A DNA stretch of 64,000 nucleotides, from contig JAZDJQ010000012.1 of the NCBI GenBank assembly GCA_043803765.1, positions 96,001-160,000 on the forward strand. The letters are read 5' to 3'. The stretch comes from Candidatus Iainarchaeum sp. Its GTDB lineage: Archaea > Iainarchaeota > Iainarchaeia > Iainarchaeales > VGJJ01. Shown here piece after piece: positions 1 through 10,592 of the stretch. The notes under the pieces were generated by a model. That model did no database searches. It was not told the origin of the DNA and was given only the letters and a program-made list of their open reading frames with translations. The position numbers and the translations under genes were made by a program. Position 1 is the stretch's first letter. Each line of letters starts with the position of its first letter.

Positions 1-334
1 TTCCAATGATGATTCCTTTGATGCGCGCATACAACGAATGTTTCTTCGTTGCCAGGATGGCGGTTCCAAGCAAAATGAATTCAATTAATCCCGTACATCG
101 TGGGGAAATCTCAATATTTTTTCCATTCATCCAAAATGAAATGGGATTGTTTCCATCGGTTGTTTGAATTCCTACTCGATTCAATAGTTCGCGCACATGT
201 TCTGCTTCAATGATTTGCAAACGATATTCGTGTGGTGAAAAAAAAAGGAAGAAAATAGTAAATAATACTCCCCACCCTACAAGGAAAGTAATCAGTGTTT
301 TTCTCCATTCGGTTGGGGAATGCAGGTTAACCAT
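1..334 (-). CDS. Archaeosortase/exosortase family membrane protein (partial, runs off the window)
   Basis: Manual translation MVNLHSPTEWRKTLITFLVGWGVLF...NIEISPRCTGLIEFILLGTAILA...RIKGIIIG; IS-x-x-CTG catalytic Cys motif followed by a TM helix. Confidence 0.75.
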   Translation of the reverse strand, partial: MVNLHSPTEWRKTLITFLVGWGVLFTIFFLFFSPHEYRLQIIEAEHVRELLNRVGIQTTDGNNPISFWMNGKNIEISPRCTGLIEFILLGTAILATKKHSLYARIKGIIIG

Positions 335-365
335 TATAAAGTAGCCCGGGTTCGCCTAATTAAAG

Positions 366-1379
366 GTGCGTACGATGCCGGCTAAATCCATTATGAGAAA
401 AAATGTGAATCATGCTTTTTCGTTTTGGGATGTTTTTTGGGAGGGATTCGCACACGCAATCAGCCCCTCATTGTTGAGTGCACAGGCATTGGTGTTGATT
501 ATTCTCATTTTTGCTCTTCTTACATGGACGGGATTCATGGGACTAGGAGGGTTGCTTCTCAGTATTATGGCACTTTCATTTAGTTCTCTTCCATTAGTCC
601 TATTCGTCGTGTTATTTGGTTTAGTATTATGGATTCTTGGGATTATGGCAATCAATGCATTCGTGCAAGGAATAGAGTATCATCTTGCGATGCAATCCGT
701 TACACGTAAACCGATTGATTTGAATTTGGCATGGAAACTCGCATCAGCTAGATGGAAAGATGCCTTTATTGTACAGGGTTGCTTTTCAGCTATTATTATT
801 ACAGCATTCATCATCTCGTCTGCCGCGATATTCTTTTTTTCTCCTGAAAAAAATATTTTATTAGTACCTCCCCTGCAATGGATAAAAGCTCTTGCGATTG
901 CATTCGCGGTATTGACTGGAGTGCTCGTGGCATTGCAGCCATTCCTTTTGCTTTTGCTTCCAACCGTATATTTTGAGAATGTTTCTCCCGCGCAGGTTTT
1001 TGCACGCATTCATTCGTATGTTAGAAGACGATATGTTCGATTGCTCGCAGTAGCAGTAGGAATTATTGCCATTAACATGATAATTGGTTCTATTGCGGAT
1101 ATGGCATACACGATTCCTATTGAAAGAACGCTGCCATTTTCTATTATTGTGTTTGCCGTTGTTGCTACCATTATTCAGTTGCTGGTCATCCTGTTCACAT
1201 TCACTCTCACCGTGTGTATTCAAACCCTATTGTATTTGCACGTGGGAAAGCCCAAAACCGCAACGCAGTTTGTTTCCACGGGGATTGTAGGAACCGCTCT
1301 TTCCAGGATGACTCCTGAAAATCCTCATTATTCGGGAAGACTTCCTGTCAAGTGGAAAAGCCCGCGGAAGCGAAAATAA
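366..1379 (+). CDS. Multi-pass membrane protein of unknown function
   Basis: 337 aa ORF with about 6-7 hydrophobic helices; start may be at the internal ATG 376. Confidence 0.75.
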   Translation: MRTMPAKSIMRKNVNHAFSFWDVFWEGFAHAISPSLLSAQALVLIILIFALLTWTGFMGLGGLLLSIMALSFSSLPLVLFVVLFGLVLWILGIMAINAFVQGIEYHLAMQSVTRKPIDLNLAWKLASARWKDAFIVQGCFSAIIITAFIISSAAIFFFSPEKNILLVPPLQWIKALAIAFAVLTGVLVALQPFLLLLLPTVYFENVSPAQVFARIHSYVRRRYVRLLAVAVGIIAINMIIGSIADMAYTIPIERTLPFSIIVFAVVATIIQLLVILFTFTLTVCIQTLLYLHVGKPKTATQFVSTGIVGTALSRMTPENPHYSGRLPVKWKSPRKRK

Positions 1380-1531
1380 AATGACATCATCAATTTTGAA
1401 TCACTAGAATAACATCCATAATGGACTATTTTCTCCATGTTGGGCGCGCGATATTTTCTAACATTCTCACCCGCTTTTGGGTCACACCCTTTTTTCAGCA
1501 TCAAACTTCCACGCGTCTGGAAAGAAAGCCC

Positions 1532-3538
1532 TCAACGATTGGCTTTCTTAATAATTGTGACGATTCCCTTGTCCGCATCCACAATTATTTCGTCCCCGTC
1601 TTTCAGTATTTTGGTTGCAACGTTCGTTCCTATAATGCATGGTTTGTTTAATTCGCGTGCCACGATGGCAGCATGCGACGTTATTCCGCCTTCATCGGTA
1701 ATAATAGCACGCGCCATCCTCATTACTGGAACGAAATCTGGATGAGTCATTTCCGTAACTAGTATTTCACCCTCCTGGAATAGATTTAGTTTATCCTTGG
1801 ATTGGATAATTCGTACTTTGCCTGTTACCTTCCCCTTGTAAGCAGGTTGTCCTTTAATTTCCTTCAAATTTTCAGCGACTTTTTCTTCATATAAAAAAAG
1901 GCCTCTTTTTTCAAGTTCGGATGATAATTCATCCCCTAAATAGAGATTGCCATTCAAAAGTGCATAACCAGCCAGTCGCTTTCGAATACGTGCCACAACT
2001 TTCTTTTCAAGCCCCTCTTCAGCCAACTTAATTGCTTCTGCCGGAGTTAGTATAGAGCTAAGTTCCGAATATGCTCCAAATTTTTTTGGCCAAAATTCCA
2101 TCCATATGTCGCTCATACGGTCTGAGTATCGTTCAAATAACGCGCGGCGTTTCGTTGCCTCTGCAATAATTTGCTGCGACATATTTGGCAAATTAGGAGC
2201 ATAAAACATTACTTTCATTGCCGACCACCACATCATGAGACTATGATAATAAGCCTCAAAATCGTGGATTGCTTCAAGTTGTTTTTCTCCAGACAACCAT
2301 GGTTTTAGAGTACCCCATTCAGTGTCCAATCGACTAGTTAAACGGTTCAACACTGTCGGATCTGCGTTCAAAACACCCACCATTTTCTCCTTCAACACAC
2401 GCATTTCTTCTGAGTCATACCAAACCGAAGTCGAAGTGCCATCAAAAACAAAAAGATTATTAGAAAGTTGAAAATCAAAGAAGTCTTTGAAACTTACACG
2501 ATCACTCTCATTCCACAAATAAAAATAAAATAATGGTCTTTCACGAGAAAAAGTTTTAGTCAAAAATATCTTACTATTTGTATTATCCAAAACTTTCGAC
2601 AACGTCGTAATTGGTCTACTCTGCGTAATGTAAAAGACCCCTTTCTCCAATGCCCACTCTACATCAACCGGAAAACCATAATGCGCTTCAATTTTCAAAA
2701 TGAGTCTTCCCAATTCCTGAATTTGAGTATCATCAAGTTTCTGCAAGGAACCCTTTTCGGAACTTATTTCCTTCCATTCATTGCCCCCATTTTCCAAACG
2801 AAAAATACCTTTCTTCTGCTCGCTCACATTCTTATCCAAAATACCAAAAGGCTTCTTCTCCAACACATACGAATCGGGCGTAATCTGACCCGAAACAATC
2901 GCCTCACCCAATCCAAGGCCTGCTTCGATAACCATTTGATTATAGTCTTGCGTCACCGGATGCACGGAAAACGCAATACCTGATACTTCGCTCTCCACCA
3001 TCTTCTGAACCACAACTGCAACCGAAATAGTTGCATCGTGCAGTCCCTTCTCAAAACGATAAAAGATAGCCCGCGATGTGAAAAGAGAGGCCCAGCATTT
3101 TTTCATATTCTCTAATAATTTATCTTTTGTCGTATTCAGAAACGTATCCAACTGACCCGCCCAGGCCGCCGAGGAAGAATCCTCTGCCGTAGCCGAAGAA
3201 CGAACCGCAACAAATGGAGAATTTAGTTCGTTAAAATGTGAAAGAATCTCCTCCTGCAAATCAACTGGCAGTGTTTGAGTTAAAATCAGTGATTGAATTT
3301 TCTCACTCGCACGCTCAACGGATTCCATCTCCAAATGATTTACCTTATGCAAAATAGAGTCAATGTCCGCTTTGATGCCCTTTTCTGAAATATACCGGTC
3401 GAACGCGAAAGAAAGAACCACAAAACCAAGAGGAACGGGAATTTTCGCTTGGGTCATCTCCCCCAACGATGCTCCTTTTCCCCCTGCGATCGGGGTGTCA
3501 TGCCGGTCAATCCGGGTAAAGGGTTTAACGAAAGGCAT
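1532..3538 (-). CDS. PEP/pyruvate-binding ATP-grasp plus C-terminal His-swivel phosphotransferase (PEP synthase/rifampin phosphotransferase-like architecture)
   Basis: GGKGASLGE, VAVRSSATAED, DVEWA, QSRPITT N-domain; C-terminal THPDF..DEGGITSHAAIVARE swivel; no pyruvate-binding TIM barrel. Confidence 0.85.
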   Translation of the reverse strand: MPFVKPFTRIDRHDTPIAGGKGASLGEMTQAKIPVPLGFVVLSFAFDRYISEKGIKADIDSILHKVNHLEMESVERASEKIQSLILTQTLPVDLQEEILSHFNELNSPFVAVRSSATAEDSSSAAWAGQLDTFLNTTKDKLLENMKKCWASLFTSRAIFYRFEKGLHDATISVAVVVQKMVESEVSGIAFSVHPVTQDYNQMVIEAGLGLGEAIVSGQITPDSYVLEKKPFGILDKNVSEQKKGIFRLENGGNEWKEISSEKGSLQKLDDTQIQELGRLILKIEAHYGFPVDVEWALEKGVFYITQSRPITTLSKVLDNTNSKIFLTKTFSRERPLFYFYLWNESDRVSFKDFFDFQLSNNLFVFDGTSTSVWYDSEEMRVLKEKMVGVLNADPTVLNRLTSRLDTEWGTLKPWLSGEKQLEAIHDFEAYYHSLMMWWSAMKVMFYAPNLPNMSQQIIAEATKRRALFERYSDRMSDIWMEFWPKKFGAYSELSSILTPAEAIKLAEEGLEKKVVARIRKRLAGYALLNGNLYLGDELSSELEKRGLFLYEEKVAENLKEIKGQPAYKGKVTGKVRIIQSKDKLNLFQEGEILVTEMTHPDFVPVMRMARAIITDEGGITSHAAIVARELNKPCIIGTNVATKILKDGDEIIVDADKGIVTIIKKANR

Positions 3539-3628
3539 GGATAAATTCTTCAGGAATCCTCTTTTTAACGCGTGGCGGTGGCGTGCCAACGGCATATTTA
3601 TATTGTTTTTCTTACTTTTCTTACTTGT

Positions 3629-3886
3629 ATGACAGATGTGGCGATTGTAACCGTAAGCGAAAAAGGGCAGATTGCCCTCCCTAAAAAAACGCGGGAGCGA
3701 TGGGGAATTCATAAGGGGGACAAATTATTGTTGTTGGAAAACAAGGGAAAAATCGTTTTGGCACCCGTTAAAGGGTCAAAAGAAGCTGCGGATGTGGATG
3801 AGATGCAGTGGATAATGGGGGTGTCCGCTCAAGTCTTGAAGGAGGATTGGGATTACAAGGGGGATGATGTCTGGGATGAGTTATGA
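3629..3886 (+). CDS. AbrB/MazE-type antitoxin
   Basis: VTVSEKGQIALPKKTRERWGI swapped-hairpin motif; overlaps the toxin start. Confidence 0.85.
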   Translation: MTDVAIVTVSEKGQIALPKKTRERWGIHKGDKLLLLENKGKIVLAPVKGSKEAADVDEMQWIMGVSAQVLKEDWDYKGDDVWDEL

Positions 3887-4226
3887 GCAGGGGGATATTG
3901 TATTAATGTATTATCCCAATACGGATCTTTCAACGGGTAAAAAAAGACCCGCATTAGTAGTATCAAATAGTGCGTTTAATTCTCGACAGGATGATCTGAT
4001 TACGTGTCTCATTACGAGCAATATCGAACAAGACCCGTTGGGAGTCATTATTGATTTCCATGATTTATCAGAGGGGAGTTTGCCGGTAAGGAGTCGCATT
4101 AAACCGTATCGAATTTTCACGGCTAAAAAAGGGGTCATTGAAAAAAAGCTGGGGGTAATCTCGAAACGGAAATTAAATGAGACGTTTGAAAAAATACAAA
4201 AGGTAATACGGCCCGCCGTGGTGTAA
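3876..4226 (+). CDS. mazF: PemK/MazF family toxin
   Basis: QGDIVL..YPNTDLSTGKKRPALVVSN motif. Confidence 0.85.
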   Translation: MSYEQGDIVLMYYPNTDLSTGKKRPALVVSNSAFNSRQDDLITCLITSNIEQDPLGVIIDFHDLSEGSLPVRSRIKPYRIFTAKKGVIEKKLGVISKRKLNETFEKIQKVIRPAVV

Positions 4227-4423
4227 AAATAGGCAATCCTGCTGAAAAGGACGTCGGAAAGGATTTGTAATATACTCTATTTTTGGTCTCCAAACCTGCT
4301 CACCCTCCAAAACCTATTTTAACGCACGAGGCCTGTTTGCGTCATGTCGGTTGCAATTAACAGGGTAAGCCAATGGATTGTCGAGCAATCCCTTTATACA
4401 CGCGCGACTGGAGTGAGACAACG

Positions 4424-7400
4424 ATGAAGATTGGAGGTTTTGAAGTCGGCCCCTATGCGGTGCGGGAGGAAGGGGGAAAGAAGCACCTCATCTATGCGTG
4501 TAAAGACTGTGTTTTTGGTGCGAGTCTAGCCGATGATGCGCATTGTCGTTTTCACGTGTTGAATATTTTGCAAAAATCCGATGCGGATTTGATTGTGCTT
4601 GCGGATGTATATGAGCGCGTATACAATGAGGAGCAAACAAAGAATTGGAAAGAGATTGCGGATTTGATTAATGAGTTCAAGGGAAAAGAATACTGGAGTT
4701 ATTCTCATTTAGGCGACCCGGAGAAAGAAAACGAGGCAGAGTTTGGTGCGCGACACGATGAGATGATGCAGATAACGTATGAAGTTCTTTCATACGATCC
4801 AATCAAGGCATACCTTCGTTGTCTTTCTGCACTCAAAAGGGAAGCGGGAAAAGCAAAGAGTGGTGGAAACGCATCTCCAGTATATGGTAAAACTCTTCAA
4901 TCGGTGAGAGAATCATTTGAGAAAACAAAATTTATTCAGCAGACAAAAGAATATTTGTTGAGATTGGATTCCATTCCCGATTCAAATGAATTGTATCGTC
5001 ATTTCTTTGAAGCCGAAGTAAAGCCGTCCTTTATTGGTTCACGCTTAATGTTTGGAAATGAAGTGGAGAATTTTGAATTATTGGACGAGTATTCTGTTGG
5101 AAAGTCTACGGTTCAAATATTCAATCATCCAAACAAAGTGGCTAAATTATATTTTGTGAATCCGCCTGAATATTCTCTCTCTCCTGAAAAATATTTTCTC
5201 CTTAGTAAGACGAAAGAAGTAGTATCGGGATACAACCCCGGACGTTCCGGATTATCGGACATTGCTTCCTCTCGAAACTATTTTACTCGTGTCTATCAAG
5301 CCACCATTCGTGATTTGGCTCATCGGAATAACATCAAAATAGAAAACGAGGAAATTGAAGAGTTAGCGGAAGTCGTGTCCCGCTATACGGTAGGATACGG
5401 CATACTGGAATTGTTGCTGTCCGACCGAAAAATAACCGACATCTTTTTGGATTCCCCCATAGGGGGAAAACCCGTGTACTTGGTGCACGCCGAATACGGA
5501 CAGTGCATGACGAATATTTTGTACACGGAGAATGAAGCGGAAGCATTTGTTTCTAAACTTCGCGCCATGAGCGGCAGGCCGTTCGATGAAGCCCACCCGG
5601 TATTAGACTTTGATTTGCCGGGGCAGGAAACCCGTGTGGCGAGCATTGGAAAACCGCTTTCCCCGGATGGTTTAGCATTTGCTTTTCGCCTGCACAAAAC
5701 AACCCCCTGGACGCTTGAACAATACATTGACAATAAGTTTCTCACCCCTCTTGCTGCGGGAATGCTTTCTTTTTTTGTTGATTCTAAAGCAACGATGCTC
5801 GTAACCGGTTCCCGCGGGAGTGGAAAAACAAGCTTGTTGAGTGCATTGATGCTTGAAATATTGCAGAACTCGCGATTGATTGTGCAGGAGGATAGCGTTA
5901 CAGGGGATTCTGAAATATTGGTTGAAAACAACAACCAAATGGAATACACCACGGTAGGAAAACTCGTTGACAAACAAATGGAGGAATTCGGAAGCCTGCC
6001 CATACACAATAGAGAATTATTAGACTGCAACCCGAATAATATACACGTCTTTGCATTGGATAAAAATGGGAGAATCCAACTTCAGCGTGTGTCCCAATTC
6101 AGCCGGCACAAAGTGACAAAAGAGATTATTGAAGTCACTACACGCAGTGGGAGAAAAATAAAAGTGACGTGCGATCACTCATTATTCAGTCTGAATGAGA
6201 GTGGAAGAATTGTTCCGGTCAAGACATCAGCATTAACACTAGGGAGTTATGTGGCAGTTCCTAAACTGTTTTCATCCGAAAACAGTCCTATCCCCGCATT
6301 TTCAGGATTGGAAGCGCTCGCATTGGAAGAAAAAGCGCTTCTCAAGGGGGAGACCTTACGGCTTTTTGTCAGCCAGAATTGGATAGAAGTAAAAAAATGG
6401 GCAAATGAAAAAGGATATCAAAAGAGCACCCCAAGCGCGTGGAAACGGGCGGGAATACTTCCAGCAAAGCTCTTTATACTATTGAATGGACCATCCCAAA
6501 TTCCCATTAAAAACATTCAATTCAAACTAGACAGGAAATCAAAGGAAATTCCACTTGTATGGGAAGCAAACGAAGATTTGGTGACTCTCGCGGGATTGTG
6601 GCTTGCGGATGGATGTTATGACACACGGTATGGAATGATTGTTTCCGTTGGCGATGAGCCGAGCAAACAATTGCTTGAACGTTTCGCTGAACGATTGGGA
6701 TTAACCACTCGGGAACATAGCGACGGGTTTTCCACTATTATCTCAAACACGAATCTCGTGTGGTTCTGGAAAAATGTGATGAAATTGAATGGAAACGCGT
6801 ACACTAAAGAATTCCCTCAGTGGATTTTTAATGCATCGAAATCCCAACAGGGCCGTTTTTTGAGAGGATTATTCAGCGGAGACGGGTGTGTAACCCAAAA
6901 TGAAATAAATATTTCGTTAGCCTCGGAGAAGATGACCAAACAGATTCAAACGCTCCTGACCCATTTTGGAATTATTTCCCGTAAAAGAAAAATAGATGAA
7001 AAAGACAAAACATATCAAACCTATATTGGGGAATGGAATCATTTCAATTCCTTCCAGAAAAATATCGGGTTTTTACCCCAACACAAAGTAGAACGGCTGA
7101 ACAATCTGTGCTCCAAAAAAAGAGCCACGCATGACACGCTTGATATCGTACCAATATCCAAAGAAAATATCAAAAATATTGCGGCCGTGTCTGAACCGTT
7201 TAATTCGCATGATTATATTGGAAAAGGAAATAGAATGGGAAGACGTAAGCTTCAATCATTGCTTTCCACAGTGAAAACGCAAACGGTTCTTATTGATGGT
7301 CTCAAACAAACAATGAACTCGGATGTATTTTTCGATGAAGTGGTGGAATTGCAAAAAATAGAACATGAAGAAACATATGTGTATGATTTTTCAGTCCCGG

Positions 7401-8275
7401 ATGCGGAAAACTTTGTTTGTGAAAACATTATTGCACACAACACACTGGAGTTACCAGTCCCCTACCTGAAAGAAATAGGGTTTAATGTTCAGCGATTGAA
7501 AACAAGATCTCCTATTGGAGTGAGCAAGAGTGATACCGAAGTGGCTCCGGAAGAAGCATTGCGTACCGCATTACGTTTAGGTGATTCTGCTCTCATACTG
7601 GGAGAGGTTCGTTCCGAGGAAGCACGGGTGTTATACGAGGCCATGCGGGTAGGGGCTGCAGGAAACACCGTATTAGGAACAATTCACGCCGACTCGGCCT
7701 ATAGTGTGTGGGACAGAGTGGTGAATGATTTGAAAGTTCCTACGACTAGTTTTAAGGCAACCGATTTGGTCGTGGTTGCACGTCCCATTCGTTTTTCAGG
7801 AAGTTTAAAGTCGCATCGCCGAATGACCCAAATAACCGAAGTAAAAAAACACTGGAATAAGGACCCTGACCGTGAAGGCGGATTATTGGATTTGATGCTG
7901 TATGATGCCCGTACGGACGCATTAGAATTAATGGAGGATAATCTAAAAGAAAGCGAATTGTTTGAACGCATACGCCGATTGTCAGGGTTAACACTTAATC
8001 AAATATGGGATGATATCCGAACTCAAGCGAATGCTAAACTATTCATGGTTGAATTGAAAAACCAATACAAGATTCCTGAAATACTTGAAGGGGAATACAC
8101 TTCCTCTGCTCGCGCCAAACTTGCATTAATCAAAGACCAGCAAATACAAGAACACGGTTCTCCTGATTTTGCAGAATTATTAGTAGAGTGGAAAGAATGG
8201 GTGAAAAAGAACACACTACAATCCGTCCTAACGAAGAAACAACAGCGCGAAGAAGAAAAAAAAGAAAACGAATAA
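4424..8275 (+). CDS. Type II/IV secretion (FlaI/VirB11/TadA-like) pilus assembly ATPase, intein-containing
   Basis: Walker A GSRGSGKT, Asp box QED|TLEL interrupted by an intein, Walker B LILGEVR, His box GTIHA. Confidence 0.92.
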   Translation: MKIGGFEVGPYAVREEGGKKHLIYACKDCVFGASLADDAHCRFHVLNILQKSDADLIVLADVYERVYNEEQTKNWKEIADLINEFKGKEYWSYSHLGDPEKENEAEFGARHDEMMQITYEVLSYDPIKAYLRCLSALKREAGKAKSGGNASPVYGKTLQSVRESFEKTKFIQQTKEYLLRLDSIPDSNELYRHFFEAEVKPSFIGSRLMFGNEVENFELLDEYSVGKSTVQIFNHPNKVAKLYFVNPPEYSLSPEKYFLLSKTKEVVSGYNPGRSGLSDIASSRNYFTRVYQATIRDLAHRNNIKIENEEIEELAEVVSRYTVGYGILELLLSDRKITDIFLDSPIGGKPVYLVHAEYGQCMTNILYTENEAEAFVSKLRAMSGRPFDEAHPVLDFDLPGQETRVASIGKPLSPDGLAFAFRLHKTTPWTLEQYIDNKFLTPLAAGMLSFFVDSKATMLVTGSRGSGKTSLLSALMLEILQNSRLIVQEDSVTGDSEILVENNNQMEYTTVGKLVDKQMEEFGSLPIHNRELLDCNPNNIHVFALDKNGRIQLQRVSQFSRHKVTKEIIEVTTRSGRKIKVTCDHSLFSLNESGRIVPVKTSALTLGSYVAVPKLFSSENSPIPAFSGLEALALEEKALLKGETLRLFVSQNWIEVKKWANEKGYQKSTPSAWKRAGILPAKLFILLNGPSQIPIKNIQFKLDRKSKEIPLVWEANEDLVTLAGLWLADGCYDTRYGMIVSVGDEPSKQLLERFAERLGLTTREHSDGFSTIISNTNLVWFWKNVMKLNGNAYTKEFPQWIFNASKSQQGRFLRGLFSGDGCVTQNEINISLASEKMTKQIQTLLTHFGIISRKRKIDEKDKTYQTYIGEWNHFNSFQKNIGFLPQHKVERLNNLCSKKRATHDTLDIVPISKENIKNIAAVSEPFNSHDYIGKGNRMGRRKLQSLLSTVKTQTVLIDGLKQTMNSDVFFDEVVELQKIEHEETYVYDFSVPDAENFVCENIIAHNTLELPVPYLKEIGFNVQRLKTRSPIGVSKSDTEVAPEEALRTALRLGDSALILGEVRSEEARVLYEAMRVGAAGNTVLGTIHADSAYSVWDRVVNDLKVPTTSFKATDLVVVARPIRFSGSLKSHRRMTQITEVKKHWNKDPDREGGLLDLMLYDARTDALELMEDNLKESELFERIRRLSGLTLNQIWDDIRTQANAKLFMVELKNQYKIPEILEGEYTSSARAKLALIKDQQIQEHGSPDFAELLVEWKEWVKKNTLQSVLTKKQQREEEKKENE
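5894..7441 (+). mobile_element. Intein with LAGLIDADG homing endonuclease (516 aa)
   Basis: Begins SVTGDSEIL, block B TCDHSLF, LAGLWLADG and FLRGLFSGDG motifs, ends VYDFSV..ENFV..IIAHN followed by +1 Thr. Confidence 0.92.
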
Positions 8276-8338
8276 TCCACCTACTACCCTGCGAAAAAAA
8301 GAAAAAAATGAGAGGAATAATTGTTTCCTCCCATGCGA

Positions 8339-10138
8339 TTACGTTAACCAATCAAACAATGTGTCCCAGAAAGAATCGGTCGAATCTTTACCTGTTCCAT
8401 CTTCGCTCCCATTACTGGTTGTCCCGTTGGGCATGCAATACAAGAGAATAGAGTCCCACTGGGTTCCATCGGTACACCCATAATCGTCTGAAGTATCATC
8501 TTGACCCGGTTCGTCCGGCATAAGTATGTAACACAGTTTATTGAGTTCGTCCCAGCCGAATCCGTCGGGGCACACGTGATAGTACTCACCGTTATCGGTT
8601 CCGCATAGCAACAAATCGCCAAAAGAGAAGGGATACTGGCAGGTCGGGACGGGAAAATTATAATTTAAGCACGTCGGATAAAGGGGATCGAATACCGAGA
8701 TGGGCCAATTGCATTTATTGTAAGGAGTCAACATGCACAGCTTGTCGGTTTCATCCCAGTCATAAAATTGGGAGCAGGGGTCACTTCCATCCGCACAAAA
8801 CCAACTATACCCGCCATCCGGGGAAACGGGGTCGGGACAGGAAGGCCACTTCCCTTCTTTTAAGAGACAAACCAAAAACGGTTCTGCTTCAGCTGGATCA
8901 TGAGGAAGAGGACAAGGACCACTTGGCGTGCTCGTATCATCTCCGTCGTCGTCATCCGTGCACTCAGGACACTTACAGGCTACTGCACTAATATCGTATT
9001 CGCAGATAGGCGGATCATTACAAGCCCCCGGACCCGTGGTAACAGGACAATATTTTCTGTTGCAATATTCTTCAAGAAGCATTACGAGATCATTTTCGCT
9101 TAGCTGACTAATGTCGAGTCCTTTTATTCCAGCCATCAACGCGACAGCCGCACTCGTGTCAACGCTCCCTGCACATTCTCCTCCCTCTGATGCCCCGCCT
9201 CCGCCGCCGGGTGCCACTGGACTATTTGGACCGGGCGTTGTTGAACCCGGGGGAGATCCACCGCCCCCAGTGGTCGTCGGACCCGACCCAGAAGGAGCCG
9301 TGGGGGAACCAGGGCCGGGAGTAGAACATCCTTCGGCATCATATTTACACTCGCAACCGTACTTATCCTCTCCATGTTCACCCACAGCTATGTAGCCCGT
9401 ACATTTTCCTTCCATCATGCATCCAAGAGGGCCTGTTTTGTCGGGGCATTCACGTTGGTTGCATCGTGCGTTGTTCACCATGTCGTAGTCTTCCGGAGTA
9501 CTGTGTTCGTCAATAAGTTGGTCATACATTTTCGCAAGCTGTTCTTGGGTCAAACCCGGTGCATCCTTGCAAATGTTACTTCCCCCTGTAGTCGGACCAC
9601 TGGGTTTCGATTCCGGCCCAGATGGTGCTTGGGGAGTTGTGGCTCCTCCGGTGGTTGGTCCATATGGATCCCTACACTCACAAGAGTATTCATCTTCCGA
9701 CTCATAAGTAGACATGGTGCACACTTCCCCCGGTGGGCACCTTCCGCCACAATTGGTCGAACTTCCGCAGGTGTAAAAAGCTTCTATAACCTCGTTAACA
9801 ATACCGGCTGCTACTCTTTTTGGAAAGCACAAAATATTCTCAGCTGCATCGGCAGTAACAGAGATAAATCCCCCTATGTTCTCTGAAAGAACCCCACAAG
9901 CGAGTCCAGCGGAGCCAGCCGCTCCAATGATAACCCCCAACTCACTCGCAGCAGAGAAGGGAAGAGCAACAAGCGCGATGGATCCTTCCCCAAAGGTATC
10001 CACTGATTCAATAGCATTATCTTTGAACGAACTCATCCATCCTGCCGAGACGAGGGAGGCGTGTTGTCCTATCTGGAATCCTACAACCGACACCAAAAGA
10101 AGGGAGAGAATCAATACTTGAAAGAGAGGTGATTTCAT
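8339..10138 (-). CDS. Secreted Cys-rich surface protein with Pro/Gly/Thr linkers
   Basis: Signal peptide, repeated disulfide modules, GPTTGG linkers, C-terminal C-x-DG-x2-WD-x5-C repeats; RBS gaggtga upstream. Confidence 0.8.
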   Translation of the reverse strand: MKSPLFQVLILSLLLVSVVGFQIGQHASLVSAGWMSSFKDNAIESVDTFGEGSIALVALPFSAASELGVIIGAAGSAGLACGVLSENIGGFISVTADAAENILCFPKRVAAGIVNEVIEAFYTCGSSTNCGGRCPPGEVCTMSTYESEDEYSCECRDPYGPTTGGATTPQAPSGPESKPSGPTTGGSNICKDAPGLTQEQLAKMYDQLIDEHSTPEDYDMVNNARCNQRECPDKTGPLGCMMEGKCTGYIAVGEHGEDKYGCECKYDAEGCSTPGPGSPTAPSGSGPTTTGGGGSPPGSTTPGPNSPVAPGGGGGASEGGECAGSVDTSAAVALMAGIKGLDISQLSENDLVMLLEEYCNRKYCPVTTGPGACNDPPICEYDISAVACKCPECTDDDDGDDTSTPSGPCPLPHDPAEAEPFLVCLLKEGKWPSCPDPVSPDGGYSWFCADGSDPCSQFYDWDETDKLCMLTPYNKCNWPISVFDPLYPTCLNYNFPVPTCQYPFSFGDLLLCGTDNGEYYHVCPDGFGWDELNKLCYILMPDEPGQDDTSDDYGCTDGTQWDSILLYCMPNGTTSNGSEDGTGKDSTDSFWDTLFDWLT

Positions 10139-10142
10139 GCTT

Positions 10143-10547
10143 TCATCCTCCGGGGAGGCTCTCCTTGATTTCAGTAATTATGGCTTGGGGCAGTTTTTCT
10201 GCAAAAATTTCTTGCATCTCTAAGCACTTGATAGACTCATTATGATACCCGCAAGTCATGGCAACCAATTCCCCTTTCTTCGCTGCTTCTTCAACTATCT
10301 CAGTGGCTTGTTCAATAGTGTAGATATTAGTAGTTTTCGAGTACGGTATCGCTTCCGTAATACTCATACCTTCAACCTTAAACAATACGGCCGCTTGCAC
10401 ATTACTGTTCTCCGCGCCCCCTCCGAGGAATCGGCTGGCGAATCCTTGGGGGGTATCTATCAAGCCTCCTAACATGATGCTGGCGATGAAAACAATGAAG
10501 AAAATGAGTGCTACTACAATCGTTCGCGAACGGTCAGCCTTCGGCAT
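10143..10547 (-). CDS. Membrane-anchored hypothetical protein
   Basis: N-terminal TM helix; 4 nt upstream of the Cys-rich gene. Confidence 0.7.
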   Translation of the reverse strand: MPKADRSRTIVVALIFFIVFIASIMLGGLIDTPQGFASRFLGGGAENSNVQAAVLFKVEGMSITEAIPYSKTTNIYTIEQATEIVEEAAKKGELVAMTCGYHNESIKCLEMQEIFAEKLPQAIITEIKESLPGG

Positions 10548-10592
10548 GGAGAGCTAGGGATGTTTTGGCGTATAAAAACGTATGGGTTATGC

